DNA of 64,000 nucleotides, taken from contig OX597825.1 of assembly GCA_951406725.2 (NCBI GenBank), positions 73,966,001 through 74,030,000 of the forward strand, in the 5' to 3' direction. This document shows, in pieces, positions 37,583 through 53,259 of this stretch (position 1 is the stretch's first letter; each line of letters starts with the position of its first letter). Made by a program: the position numbers and the translations under genes. The stretch comes from Octopus vulgaris. Its lineage: Eukaryota. Below the pieces are notes generated by a model, which did not search any database, had not been told where the DNA came from, and worked only from the letters and a program-made list of their open reading frames with translations.

Positions 37583-37789
37583 TATGACTGGCCATTATTA
37601 TTTTTTAAGGCAAGCCGGCCAAATCATTAGCACGCCGGAGAAAATACTTCGGTGCATATCGCCCTTCTTCACATTCTAACATGGGATGATGTAATCAACT
37701 AGCCTCTTCACTCGAAATTGCTGGTCTTGTGCCAAATATTTGAAATATTATCATTATCTTCATTATTTTCCTGTTGATCTCAGATTGTG

Positions 37790-38136
37790 TGGTAACTCCT
37801 GGGGTCGTGCATGCGTAGCAGGCTTACTACCTGCAACCTACAGTACCATGCTGTCCATTCTTTTCAGCTATTTAATACTTTCCTGATTCTCCTGGCCGTG
37901 CCAAGGAGGCAAACCTTTTGTAGCAGTTCTACTGGGCACTCTATTCCGATTTCCTTTTATATTCCTCTTGATGCCTTCTGATATTGTCACCAAGGACCCA
38001 ACAATAATTAGCACCATCTTCTTCACCTTCTTCATTTGCCATAGCCGTGCTATTTCGTACTTAAGAGGATTGTATCTATCTAATTTTTCACCTTGCTTCT
38101 TGATTATTCGTGGGTCAAAGGGATATGCGACATCTA
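37790..38136 (-). pseudogene. R4/Dong subfamily-2 RLE C-terminus and 3' UTR
   Basis: IIDVAYPFDPRIIKKQGEKLDRYNPLKYEIARLWQMKKV..IIVGSL; 5' end abuts (AAT)n. Confidence 0.85.
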
Positions 38137-38150
38137 TTATTATTATTATT

Positions 38151-38192
<42 letters not shown>

Positions 38193-38201
38193 GTCGTCGT
38201 C

Positions 38202-40005
<1,804 letters not shown>

Positions 40006-40024
40006 AAGCTAATTAATTCTCATA

Positions 40025-40372
40025 TGGGGTGAATTCACAAAAAAAATAAAAGACGAAGACAGGTGGTGTAGACAACAAACAGATGTATTAGTATAACGCT
40101 CGGGAAGCGAAAAAGTCTTTAATGTTTCGAGCCTACACTCTTCTACAGAAAGGAACACTGAAAGATACTAGGAGAGAAAATAAAGAATGTGTAGTGGCTA
40201 GCGATCTATGGCGAATGCCGGACAGAAGGGTCACACAGGAGGGCTAGGGAGAGGGGGAGATAATAAAGTAGTGATGATCCCAAAACGAAGATGTGCGTGC
40301 ACGGAACGTGCTCTGGCAAGGGCGGTGTGGATAGTGGTGAGAGGATATCCACGTAGGATGAAGTGGAGATAC
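40025..40372 (-). mobile_element. Penelope-like element fragment (RT C-terminus plus pLTR with hammerhead variant)
   Basis: HFILRGYPLTTIHTALARARS (RGYP motif of Penelope RTs); downstream CCTTT-CTGTAGA-A-GAGT-GTAG-GCTC-GAAAC-ATT-AAAG at ~40115-40153. Confidence 0.75.
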
Positions 40373-40556
40373 ATATGTATGTATGTACATAAAAGCGCTG
40401 AAACGGTGCTTCCCAATGAACAACCCTGAGAGATATTCGTTCCACTCGAGTTGCACAAATAGTCTCTTGCACAAATTCGGCGCCATCCTGAATGCAGTGA
40501 ACCAATGATTGAAACGGCAGGACACTTACAACCAATAACATTATCGTCCTCAAATG

Positions 40557-40617
<61 letters not shown>

Positions 40618-41319
40618 TGTGTGTTTGTGTGTTAGTGTATAACTTAAATATACAATATAAATAGACAAAATAATGGTAACGACTAATGGAAATATTTTCA
40701 ATGAAAATATTAGTATGACATTCTATCGGTGATCATTCATTCAAACACTGATTTGGGAGTTTCAGCGGTCTATTTTTATAACAGATTCTAAACAATCTGA
40801 TCAATACATTCAATTGTTTGATTGCGAAAAATGATACTTCTTTATCAACACATTAGTTCTATTTCACGACAAACAGAAAGAATTCAGCCATATATATATA
40901 TATAATTAAATAAAATAAAACATATGCATATATATAAACATATATGTACGTATCTACCTCTCTCTCCCTATATATATACACACACATATACCTATATATA
41001 AAATATATAAAGAAATCAAGAAAGAAAAACAAAATGTGTCTCTGTATAAAGATATCTGATGTCTGTCCGTTTGTCTATCTGTTTGTCTCCCATGCGAATA
41101 GATTTTTATATATTTCCAAAAAATACTCTGAAAAATATTTGTATTTCTGAAGTGAATATTTTGACGGCCATTGCCTTTTTCGCTCCACCTCTCTACCTTA
41201 ATATGGTTATGTGTATTAATATATGAGTGCAGGAAGAGTGCGAATATATGTCTATTTTGTATGTATGTATGTATGCACGTACATATGTATGTATATATGT
41301 ATGTATGTATGTATATACG

Positions 41320-41353
<34 letters not shown>

Positions 41354-41644
41354 TGTATGTATGTATGTATGTATGTATGTATGTATGTATGTATATGTAG
41401 TTACGCATACATCTATATAAATGCATGTATGTATGTATGTATGTATATAGTTTAAGGATGTACTTATCAAAAATATAAATACAATGGTTGTATAAATGTA
41501 ATGTCAGATATTTCAAAACATTTTGTTGATTGTAACTTTGAAATTCAGTCAATAGTACTGCGAAACGTCGCATCCTCAATCTTGAAATTATAATTATTTT
41601 GCACGTATATATCTATATCTATATGTATGTATGTATATATATAA

Positions 41645-41743
41645 TGTTCGTCCTTCGGTTCGAAGATGACCAACTGACATCATCTGATGGAACTGGCGCC
41701 ATGAGACCGGAGGTGGCTGGTGAGGCCAATCCGGGCAAGGAAG

Positions 41744-41748
<5 letters not shown>
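41645..41748 (-). pseudogene. RTE/BovB-like LINE 3' end between (TA)n tracts
   Basis: GFLARIGLTSHLRSH..* followed by TGGTCATCTTCGAACCGAAGGACGAAC. Confidence 0.75.
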
Positions 41749-41790
<42 letters not shown>

Positions 41791-41889
41791 GGAGTATATC
41801 CCAACTTACAGAGAAAAATTAGATTTAGGATTAAATCAAATTTCACAGTATAAATATAAATTAAATTAGAGATAAAACCATTATATATA

Positions 41890-41971
<82 letters not shown>

Positions 41972-42011
41972 TAATTAAATTAGAGATAAAACCACTATTA
42001 GGCAACTCAAA

Positions 42012-42535
42012 CATAATGCGGGCAAGGCAAGATCTAGGAAAAATCGAGCAATGGTTAAGAGGAAATTGGAAAAAATTCGAAAAAGACCGACTGAGAAAAA
42101 TTAGAAAAGAAATATAGAATACGGAAGGACGGGTTTGATGCAGAAATAGAGCAGTTAAAACAGAGGATCATGGCAAAAAGAAACAGAAATAAGCAGTTCG
42201 AGGAAAACAGATTGTTCAAAAATAACCCAAAGCAATTCTTCCGAACGTTAGGAGACAATGGGTAAAATGTTGTTCCTGGTGCAGATCAAGCCAAGGAGTT
42301 GTGGAGCAGATATGGGGAAACAATGTGGATCATAGAAGGGATGCAATATGGATAGGAACTATCAAGACAGAATTACAAGGAGGAAAGAAACAAAGGAATG
42401 TTGTCGTAAGCATGGGTGATGTGAAAGAACAAGTGGGTAAAGTGCCTAACAGGAAAGCCCCCAGATGGGATTCATGGCTTTTGGCTGAAGAGATGCTACG
42501 TTGTGCATGAAAGACTAGCAGCCCAATTGAATACG
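42012..42535 (+). pseudogene. R4/Dong N-terminal/RT-upstream fragment
   Basis: EIEQLKQRIMAK..KQFEENRLFKNNPKQFFRTL..EQIWGNNVDH..PNRKAP..IHGFWLK. Confidence 0.85.
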
Positions 42536-43289
42536 TGTGTCCAGAAAGGTACAGTCCCCGCGTGGATGTATGTATGTGTGTGGGTGTGAGTGTGTGTGTG
42601 TATGCACCTTTTTTTCTGTATGTAAGCATATAGATATGAAGATAAACAGATCAACATGCAGACGGATAGGTACATAGGTCACAGGAACAGACACATATGG
42701 AGATACGGATTCACACATAAAAAGATGCACATCCATACAATCCAAGCATGGTACATAGTTGCATAACACACACACACACACACAGACATGCACACAAAAG
42801 GAGACAGAGGTGCATACATATACAAACACATGCTCACACACACATACATAGAAAATACACAAACACAGACATACAAGCACATAAATATGCAGGATACATA
42901 CATACAGATGCACATACATACATACATATATACATATGCATACACACACATATATACATACATACACATGCAAACACACACATACATACATACGTACATG
43001 CATGCATACACACACATATATACATACTTACCCACACACATGCGCACAAACAAACAAAAGGAAATGCAGTGTAAATAACGGACAGAGTCAAGACTTTTGA
43101 AAAAGGTTGCAACACGCAACGAAAATTTAAGGAAAATAAAAATAAGAAATAAGTGGGAATTTTCATCGGTGAGTGTGTTACATTACAAGGCACAAAAAGA
43201 AAATGACTCTCCCCAGACACAACAGAATATGCTTCAACACACGAACTCATATAAAGAATCTTGCAAACCAAATCCCAAAACAAAATATG

Positions 43290-43336
<47 letters not shown>

Positions 43337-44159
43337 CAGTTCAAGTGCTTGTATCTTTCTTTAGTTGTGAATTTCTGTTACTCACTCGTACATTTGTACA
43401 TATTCGTTTATTCTCTCTCCATCTCTGAGAGTAAAGTGTCTGTATTTGCATATGTACGTGTGTGTGCGTTCCTGTATACGTATATGTGATGTATGAATAT
43501 GCGAGTGAATGTAAGTTTTTGTGTGGAGTATGTGTACATACGTCTACAAAGATGTTGATAGTGACAAAGTATTAAAAGAAAAAAGACGAAACGATAAAAT
43601 AAAAAAAAAAAAACAGGAATAAGTAGGCAAATAAATAAACGAATGTAAAATAAGAATACAAGAATCGGTGGTGCTCTTAATATTTTGTTTGCTTTAAGTT
43701 TGGCACAGAACTGATTAAATCGATTTCTTTCGTTGAAGAATAGAAGTTATTAACGCTATTCTTTCGCAGCAAAAAATAAAACTTACAAGAAACTAATTTT
43801 ATCATGTTTCACTTGTTATGTGAAGAGTTTCATGTATTGTTGATGAATTCGAATGAAAGTCCGACACCTTCGTCATTTTGTATCCATCCATATAAACAAG
43901 AATATAAAATAATAAATAATCTTAAAGTCATATTCACATCTTCATCATGTTTTTTTCTTGTTTTGTTTTTGAATGTTTTGGTGAGAGAAGGAAAATACAC
44001 ATCCATGGCAATTTTCACAGCTTCTGAGAGAGGTAAAACTAGAGAAGAGGGGCGGAGAAAAAGACCGGAAACATGTCTCGAAAGCTCCTAGTATGCATGA
44101 TTTTACTACGACGTTTTAATTAGTCCACTTTCTCAATACTTGCACTATTATACAAATGA

Positions 44160-44500
44160 GTCAAATCATGTTTACAAAGTCAGAAAACAGCACAGCTCCC
44201 ATGACTTTCGGAAACATTTTTTCACGCTAAAAGTTGCTGAAGCATGGAACAAACTGCCGGCATCAGTTGTTAGTTGTCAGAGCACTGCATCCTTCAAAGC
44301 TTCCATGCTTCCTGAGATTCGCCAACACTACATCGGATTTTCTCCCCTCCATACACACGCAAGCATGTATCAGACTCATACACTGTTCACTTCCCAGACA
44401 TTTGTACATTACTGCAGATGCTTTATACGCACTTTTGACAAGTTGTGGTGCACCTGAGCACTGTATACAATAATTTTATTATTGTTATTATTATTATTAA
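44160..44500 (+). pseudogene. CR1-clade LINE 3' end
   Basis: HVYKVRKQHSSHDFRKHFFTLKVAEAWNKLPASVVSCQSTASFK, followed by a 3' UTR and (TTA)n tail. Confidence 0.85.
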
Positions 44501-45309
44501 TTTAGCTCCATCTGAGTTTGTATATACGATAAATAGTAGAAGCTGCTAAATTTTCCGAGGACTGAATATAGGTAACCTTTCATGCATAAAAATCTAACAA
44601 GACGAGAAAATGTTTATACAGATCCTCCTAACAGCGAATGGCATGTTAGAACCCGCTGGTTGTGTTAAACAGGGTGATATATTGGGTCTACTTCTTTCTT
44701 GTGCAGCCAATGTAAAATCTATGTTAAATAGTTGTTCTTCTCTTCAGCTTGCGTCGTTAAGGTGTATTCGATAAAATAGAGTATAGGGCCACCATCTCTC
44801 AAGGTTTTCTAGCTATTTACCTGTCTATGCGCAAAGGTATACAAGATTTCTTTTGGGAGATGACTGGCAGTTGTCAATCTTTTCATGATACTTATGAGAC
44901 TGTGTCATCAAAGATGTTGCTACTAGAAGAGAAAGAGCCAGGGAAGATCTTGCAAGAAATCTTGGCGAAAACTCTAACAGTTCTGCCGGTTCACAAACGG
45001 CCTCAAATTGGTACCTTTTACCGACTCTGAAATGATGAAAGACAATGATTGACTACGGTGAGATTTGAACTTTCAGCGCCTATATTCGACGTAAATATCA
45101 CTAGACAATCTATTGAGCACTCTTATGATTCTGCCACTTCTCCATTAGTATACAAGAGGTTGGTTACGTTGATAAAGAGGATGTCGGATTAGGTCTAAAT
45201 TCCCCAGAGTGCAATTATAGCCTGGCAGACAAGTATTAGTCATACAAAAGTCTAGAAAAATCCCAATAAACTTCACTGAAATATTATTTCGTTCTTTTAT
45301 CTTTTTTTT

Positions 45310-46202
45310 TTTTTTTTACTTATTTTAGGCATTTGACAGCGGCCATGATGGGATCAACGCCGTAAAGAATTTTTTAGTCGAAGAAATCTATCCCAGGATT
45401 TGTTCTCTGTAAGCCTAGTACTTATTCTATCGATATCTTATGCCGAACCGCTAAGTTACAGGGATGTAAGCACACCAACACCTGTTGTCAAGCGGTGATG
45501 GTGGGAACACACACAGACATAAAGATACGCAGAAATATATACATATATTTCAGTTTCCACCTACCAAATCCACTCACAAGACTTTAGTCGGCCTGAGGCT
45601 GTAGGAGAAGACACTTACCCAAGGTGACACCTAGTGGGATTGAAACCAGAAGCATGTGATTGAGAAGCAATCTTACCACACAGCTACGCCGGTGCGTCGC
45701 ACTATCTATAACCTGGTCACTGGTTACAGTTTCCCTGCTCGTAGTTGTAGAGCGATTGTATCTGTGACCCGGTCACACTTAATGCGACAAAAAGTTTGAC
45801 ACGAAATAAGAAATGATCGAGTGAAGGTGATCGTTTCTGTTACCTTTTATCCGTCATTTTATTACGGCCGTTCTGGAGCACTGCCTTGAAGAACTTTTAG
45901 TCGAATGTATCGACCTCAGTACTTATTTTATCGGTTTCTTTTCTCAAACAACAAAGTAATGGGGACGTAAACACAACATCACTGGTTGTCAAGCGGTGGG
46001 GGGGGGGGGCAAAACAAAGACAGAAGGACACACGCAAACACATCATTATATATATATATATAAATATATATATGTATATATATATATAAATATATATATG
46101 TATATATATATACATATATACGACAGGATTCTTTCAGTTTCCGTCTTGCAAATCTACTCACGAGGCTTTGGTCGGCCTGAGGCTATAGTAGAAGACACTT
46201 GA
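45310..46202 (-). mobile_element. Two diverged SINE B copies (~45310-45692, ~45860-46202)
   Basis: Reverse-complement B tail and head blocks. Confidence 0.8.
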
Positions 46203-47309
46203 TGTATTTGTCTTGCAAAAGATTTTGTCAGAGAGCGTCAGTTGAAACTAAATTTCAATTCCGTGTCGATATGCATGCGTAGGTGGGTGTATGAAAGTCT
46301 ATGTAAAAGGAAGAGAGAGAGAGAGAGTAGGAGAGAAAGAGCTTTATATACACTTTGTGCAACAGTATATTCCTCTGACTATATGCTTCATGAGAGAATA
46401 TACGCAATGGACGGTATTTAGCAAACTACCCATGAACAGCGGCTGAGATTCTGTGTATTCCGATTGATCTGTCCGTTTTATTTAATTGATGAGAAGAGAA
46501 ACTACTTGTTGTCCATTTACTTCGTAACAGCGATAATTAAAAATTCACTGTAAAACCATAATTAATTTATTTCTCATTGATTCTACCGTTCAGTTTAATT
46601 ATCATCGCTGCGAAGAAAATGATCAAGATGTAGACATTCTCCTCGTCATCATCCCCATCAAACAAATGGACCAAATAATGTTGATAATGACGATGTTGCG
46701 TTTCCATTAATGCCATGTTTGTGTGAGATTTTCGAAATCAGCGCCTGCAAATTATTGCTATTTTCTCTCTGATTCCAATCCTCGATAAAATTTCTAATAT
46801 CCTTCGTTTCTGCAGCATTGTCTGCTTCCAGAGCTGGTGGGTTGCGTGACCATCGATCAAACTTGGCTTTGTCCTAGTAATGGACTTTTGCTCTTAGAAA
46901 AAGAACAACACTAATCACTGCATTAAATGATAATGTTCTTGGCGGTGATGTAGTGGATATATGATATAACCAGTTGGCTGATTCTTATCACTTCTGGGAA
47001 ACATGAAATTTCCTCACTCATTATGGTGAAATAGCACGTTTTCCACTTTTAAATTGGTATCATCAACTTACAAAGGAAGCCATTTATCAGACAGTTTCAC
47101 TGGGAAGCATGCTAGAAGTAACAGAAATAATTCCCTTCAAATTGCGCTCAGCGGTCTTACATTCAGAGAAGACACATTTGATAATGTAGACTTATATAAT
47201 TCTTAGAAAATTTAAAACAGCAAAATCGATGATGTTGAAGAAAATATCTATTTCTTTCAAATTCTGACACAAGGTTAGCAATGGCAGACGACAGCGGTAA
47301 ACAGACGAC

Positions 47310-48005
47310 ATCGACCCAACCCCAGTGATCAACTGTTACTTTTTTTATCGACCTCGAAAGGATGAAAGACAAAGTCGACCCCGGCGAAGGAAAATACTAT
47401 GAAATATTCGTTTAAAATTTTGGCTGGGGCCTAGCAACTGTTGGAGAGGGATCGGTTGGTGCTTATTTTATCGACTCCGAAATGCAAAGTCGAACTCAGT
47501 GGAAGAAAATAAATCTTTCTACAATAGGTACAAGGCCTAAAATTTATAGGGAGCGGGTAAGTCGATCACATCAATCCCAGTACTTGACTGGTAATTGATT
47601 TATCGATTCCGAAAGGATGAAAGACAAAGTCAACTGTAGCCGAGGAAAATACTATGAAATATTCATTTCAAATTTTTGCTGGGGGCTAGCAACTGCGGGA
47701 GAGGGAGTAAGTCGATTACACCGACCCCGGGGATCGGTTGGTGCTTATTCCATCGACTCCGAAATGTAAAGTCGAACTCAGCGGAAGAAAATAAACCTTT
47801 CTACAATAGGCTCATGGCCTAAAATTTGTAGGGAGCGGGTAAGTCGGTCACATTGACCCCAGTACTTGACTGGTACTTAATTTATAGACTCCGAAAGGAT
47901 GAAAGACAAAGTGACCACGGCGGAGTTTTACCTCCATATTTTGCCCGTCTTTACGTTCTAAGGCATTTTGTCCGGCGTCTTAGGATTCTGCCAGCTCAAC
48001 GCCTG
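47310..48005 (-). repeat. SINE A fragments within a local tandem duplication (~47386-47630 / ~47642-47912)
   Basis: GGAAAATACTATGAAATATTC..GGAAGAAAATAAA..CTTTCTACAATAGG..GAAAGGATGAAAGACAAAGT occurs twice. Confidence 0.85.
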
Positions 48006-48083
48006 AACGGAAGAGAATAAAGAAAAATGTTAAAATTCTATAAATATCAGCTTCTCTTGCTAATCAACAATACAAATTTGCAT

Positions 48084-48248
48084 AGGCGTAGGAGTGGCTG
48101 TGTGGTAAGTAGCTTGCTAACCAACCACATGGTTCCGGGTTCAGTCCCACTGCGTGGCACCTTGGGCAGGTGTCTTCTACAATAGCATTGGGCCGACCAA
48201 AGACTTGTGAGTGGATTTGGTAACTGAAAGAAGCCCTTCATATATATG

Positions 48249-48281
<33 letters not shown>

Positions 48282-48500
48282 ATGTTTGTGGGTCTGTGTT
48301 TTTCACCCCAACATCGCTTGACAACCGATGCTGGTGTGTTTACGTTCCCGTAACTTAGCGGTTCGGCAAAAGTGACCGATAGAATAAATACTAGGCTTAC
48401 AAAGAATAAGTTCTGAGGTCGATTTGCTCGACTAAAGGTGGTGCTCCAGCATGGCCACTGTCAAATGACTGAAACAAGTAATAGAGTAAAAAAAAAGAGT
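48084..48500 (+). mobile_element. SINE family B, full length
   Basis: GGCGTAGGAGTGGCTGTGTGGTAAG head, internal TA/TG tract, tail. Confidence 0.9.
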
Positions 48501-48869
48501 ATATGTTAATATCCCTTGTAAGCTACACAATACATTATAAGTGGTCCGGGCATGTTTTATAAACACACCTTTAGTTTCGCAAAGCTTTTTACTTTTTATC
48601 CATAAACCTACGCCCATAGGTTAATTCATATATCCACCAACAAACAGAGATGGAAATGGGGAAAACAAATGCTAGTTATTGATAGAAAATTTTATAAGAA
48701 ATAGGAATGTAACCTGTTTTCTGTCTCTCTCTCTCTGTGTCTCTTTCTGTCTGCCTGTCTGTGTCTGTGTGTCTCTCTTTCTCTCTTTAACGAAGTAAGC
48801 ATTTAACTCATGAAGCGAAGATAACCAAGCAAGACTAGTTGAGCTGTATATCCGTTTGTTTTGCGAGTG

Positions 48870-49195
48870 AAGGCGCATGGCTTAGTGGTTAGGGCATTCG
48901 GCTGACGATTGTAAGGTCGTGAGTTCGATTCCCGGCGATGCGTTGTGTCCTTGAGCAAGACACTTTATTTCACGTTGCTCCAGTCCACTCAGCTGGCAAA
49001 AATGAGTTGTACCTGTATTTCATTTCAAGGGGCCGGCCTTGTCACACTCTGTGTCACGCTGAATCTCCCTGAGAACTACGTTAAGGGTACTCGTGTCTGT
49101 GGAGTGTTCAGCCACTTGCACGTTAATTCCATGAGCAAGCTGTTCCGTTGATCGTATCAGCTGGGACCCTCGTCGTCGTAACCGACGGAGTGTTT
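48870..49195 (+). mobile_element. SINE family D (different tRNA head) sharing tail type 1 with family C
   Basis: GGCGCATGGCTTAGTGGTTAGG..GAGTTCGATTCCC, TGTGTCCTTGAGCAAGACACT, then GTTGTACCTGTATTTCA..CGTAACCGACGGAGTG. Confidence 0.88.
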
Positions 49196-49494
49196 CTACC
49201 TAACCATGTTTTGCGAGAAAATGTCAAGCAACATTTCTTCTGGATTTTTACGCTCTGAGTTCAAATCTCGACAAATTTAAATTCACCTTGCCTTTATTCG
49301 GGATCGTTAAAATTGAATATTAGTCAAATACGAGGGACGACAATATCAATTAACCCTCTACTCCAAAACATCAGACCTGTCTTTATTATTAATTCTTTCA
49401 ACATTTGCAGCAATAGTTCGGTATGAAAGAAGACCTAACAGTATTACCAAAAGAAATACTAATGCTAGCTCAGCGAAAATGTAGTGATACAGTT

Positions 49495-49882
49495 GGAGGC
49501 GCAATGGCCCAGTGGTTAAAGAAGCGGACTCGCGGTCATAGGATCACGGTTTCGATTCCCAGACCGGGCGTTGTGAGTGTTTATTGAGCGAAAACACCTA
49601 AAGCTCCAGGATGCTCCGGCAGGGGATGGTGGTGATCCCTGCTGTACTCTTTCACCACAACATTCTCTCACTCTTACTTCCTGTTTCTGGTGTACCTGTA
49701 TTTCAAAGGGGCCGGCCTTGTCACTCTCTGTGTCACGCTGAATATCCCCAAGATACTACGTTAAGGGTACACGTGTCTGTGGAGTGCTCAGCCACTTACA
49801 CGTTAATTTCAAGAGGCAGGCTGTTCCGTTGATCGGATCAACCGGAACCCTCGTCGTCGTAACCGACGGAGTGCTTCCATTC
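49495..49882 (+). mobile_element. SINE family C with tail type 1; TSD AGTGATACAGTTG
   Basis: Near-identical to 18020-18403; AGTGATACAGTTG occurs at ~49483-49495 and ~49884-49896. Confidence 0.92.
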
Positions 49883-50152
49883 CAGTGATACAGTTGTAAA
49901 GGCATAGGCTGGAAGTCTAAGTTTGCATCAAGGAAGGTCACTGAATCGATATATTCCTGTTCTGTTAAGTTTATGTGACTAACGTTTAGTATTTGAAATT
50001 GTTGACTGGTGAAATATATATATATATATATATATATAACAGCATGTTCGATATATAGATGTTTTCTTGTCTGGGAATAGAAACTTTTTACTTTAGATGT
50101 TCAAGCAGATAGCTAAAAAAAAACGTGAAGAATATCTATCTATCTATCTATG

Positions 50153-50252
<100 letters not shown>

Positions 50253-50544
50253 CAATCCATTCACCAATCCATCCATCAGCCTGTTTGCCTATCTGTCTGT
50301 CTGTCTGTTGTCTCTCAGTCAATCTGTTTGTCGACCTACCAATCTACCTATCTGTCTATCTGTATGTCTGTTTCTGTATGCATGTATGTATGTATGTCTA
50401 TATCTATATATCAGTTTATCTACATAACCATATATATACACTCATATATGTAAGTAAATGCGTACATATACATACAGACATATACATACAGGCACAGACA
50501 CGCAGATATATGTAGATGTGTATATGTAATCTTGAGTGTACAAT

Positions 50545-50587
<43 letters not shown>

Positions 50588-50691
50588 TACAAACATATAT
50601 ATATATATATATATATGGATTTATATATATGTGTGTATATGAATATATATATATACGCATGCACACATACATACACTCGTGCATGTGTATC

Positions 50692-50760
<69 letters not shown>

Positions 50761-51464
50761 ACATACATACATACACACACACACATATGTATATGCATAC
50801 ATACACACATAAATATGTTCATACAGGCATGCATACAATTTGAAGGCTAACTCTTTTGTTATTCATAACAAGCATGGTAATAATCAATTACTGATTTATT
50901 CCTGTCTGGAATTATTCCTTTTAATGCCTAACATCATTAACACGAAAACGCTTACACGTCCCTCAGCCCCCACGTATATATATATACACAGATATCTCTC
51001 TCTATACATATGTATACATCGATATACATATATTTGTATATCTATGTATATATATAAGCATATGTATGCACACATATATTACGTTACAGTATATTTGTGT
51101 CGGTGTGTGTGAGGAGGCTCTGTGACTCTTGTGTTCCTGCGTTGTGCTTTTCGAAAATAAAACATTTACAACTTCTATTTAAAATACTATGTAATGGAAC
51201 AAGATAAACTTTGATATCAACACGGAAATTACATATTAATAAATTAGTTTAATCTGCTGAGTATTGATAGAAAATTGTTAATTATTCAAACAACTGTGAA
51301 ATTATCGTTTGGGAGGTATTTGGCCTTCAGCGGAAATTTCTTGAGGCCGCCATTATTTGAAAACACATCTCTTATTACGTTCTCTGACTAATTGCTTTTA
51401 AATTATTAGTATTGATGAACCACGTAATGAGCTGAATTCCAGTCATGGAAAGAGCAATTCCATA

Positions 51465-51500
<36 letters not shown>

Positions 51501-51585
51501 TGTATGTATGTATGTATGTATGTATGTATGTATGTATGTATGTATGTATGTATGTATGTATGTATGTATGTGCGTATACGTGCAT

Positions 51586-51636
<51 letters not shown>

Positions 51637-51665
51637 TACATATATATATATACATATATACGTAC

Positions 51666-51697
<32 letters not shown>

Positions 51698-52124
51698 GTG
51701 CGTATACACATGCACACATGCGTAAGAATGTATATATGTATATATTATGCATGTTCACATAAATGTATGTATATACACAATCGCTGACACGTACATATAC
51801 AGACACACACTCTCCTATATTCACAGATAACCCACACAAAGTTACATGCGGGCGTACACACACAAGCACACAAAAATATATACACTGCAGTAATAAAAAA
51901 AACTATACAAAACGCATTAGTGAAGTCGTTAAGCCATCGAACGAAATGCTTTGCGGTATTTATTCGGACATATTGCGGTTCACAGAGTTCAAAACCCGCC
52001 GAGGTCACCATTGTCATTTATATTTCAGGGGCATTGAATAAAGAGCAAGGCGTTGGATTGCAGAGCATGTACGTAAAAAAGATCATTGGCACCGCTCTTT
52101 CTTCTTATTAAACAATTAAAAAAA

Positions 52125-52545
52125 TTATTTTCTACTCTAGGCACAAGGCCCGAAATTTTGGGGGTGGGGCAGTCGATTAGATCGATCCTAGTACGCAACT
52201 GGTACTTAATTTATCGACCCCGATAAGATGAAAGGCAAAGTCGACCTCGGCGGAATTTGAACTCAGAACGTAAAGGTAGACGAAATACTGCTAAGCATTT
52301 CGTCCGGCGTGCTAACGTTTCTTATTTTTTTTATTGCCCACATAGAGGGGACAAACAAGGACAGACAAAGGCATTAAGTCGATTACATCGACCCCTGTGC
52401 GTAACTGGTACTTATTTAATCGACCCCGAAAAGATGAAAGGCAAAGTTGAACCCGGCGGAATTTGAACTCAGAACGTAGTGGCAGACGAAATACCACAAA
52501 GCATTTCGTCCTACGTGCTAATGTTTCTGCTAGCTCGCCGCCTTT
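52125..52545 (-). mobile_element. Two SINE A copies joined tail-to-A-box
   Basis: Minus-strand junction AAAATAAG|AAACGTTAGCACGCC at ~52310-52330. Confidence 0.85.
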
Positions 52546-52679
52546 AATTAAAATAAAATTAAATAAACAAACAATGGAAGTAAATATAGAATTATGAAGA
52601 GATTATACATGCATGCTTGTGTGTGCGAGTGGACAAAGAGGAAAGGCTATCTCTCTCTCTTATCCCCTCTCTCTCTCTA

Positions 52680-52738
<59 letters not shown>

Positions 52739-53259
52739 TAGCCAGTAAATGAATATATATTATGATGAACGCGACATTCTGTCTGTCTGACCGTCAGAGA
52801 CCCCTGTACCTCAGTTTACGTTTGTTCTACAGAGACATTTACCTTTTTGAAATCAGGATTATCGCACGATAGATAATCTGCCCTTCATTTGGTTCTTAAA
52901 TATCCAGCGTTGGGATCATGTCGGAATGAGGATTTGTTACATGCTGACTGTTGGAAATTCAAATTTTAAAAGAACTCCAAATATTTGTGAACTTACAAGC
53001 TTTTCATTTAAACTGAATTTAAAGTAATACCAAAACTTTGTGAATTTAGAAAGTATTTTCAGTTCAGTTCATTCAAAACTAGATCCAAGATAGAGTGGGA
53101 AGTTTGGTGTTCCTGAGGTTTCGAAGTTCCGCGGGGTTTGTGAAATGTAGCGACCGGAAGGAGATATTGAAAAACTCAAACTTTCGGCCCAAATCGGACT
53201 TCCACCCAAAACTGATTTCGGCCAGATCGAACTTCCGACCGGATCGGACTTTCAGCGGA

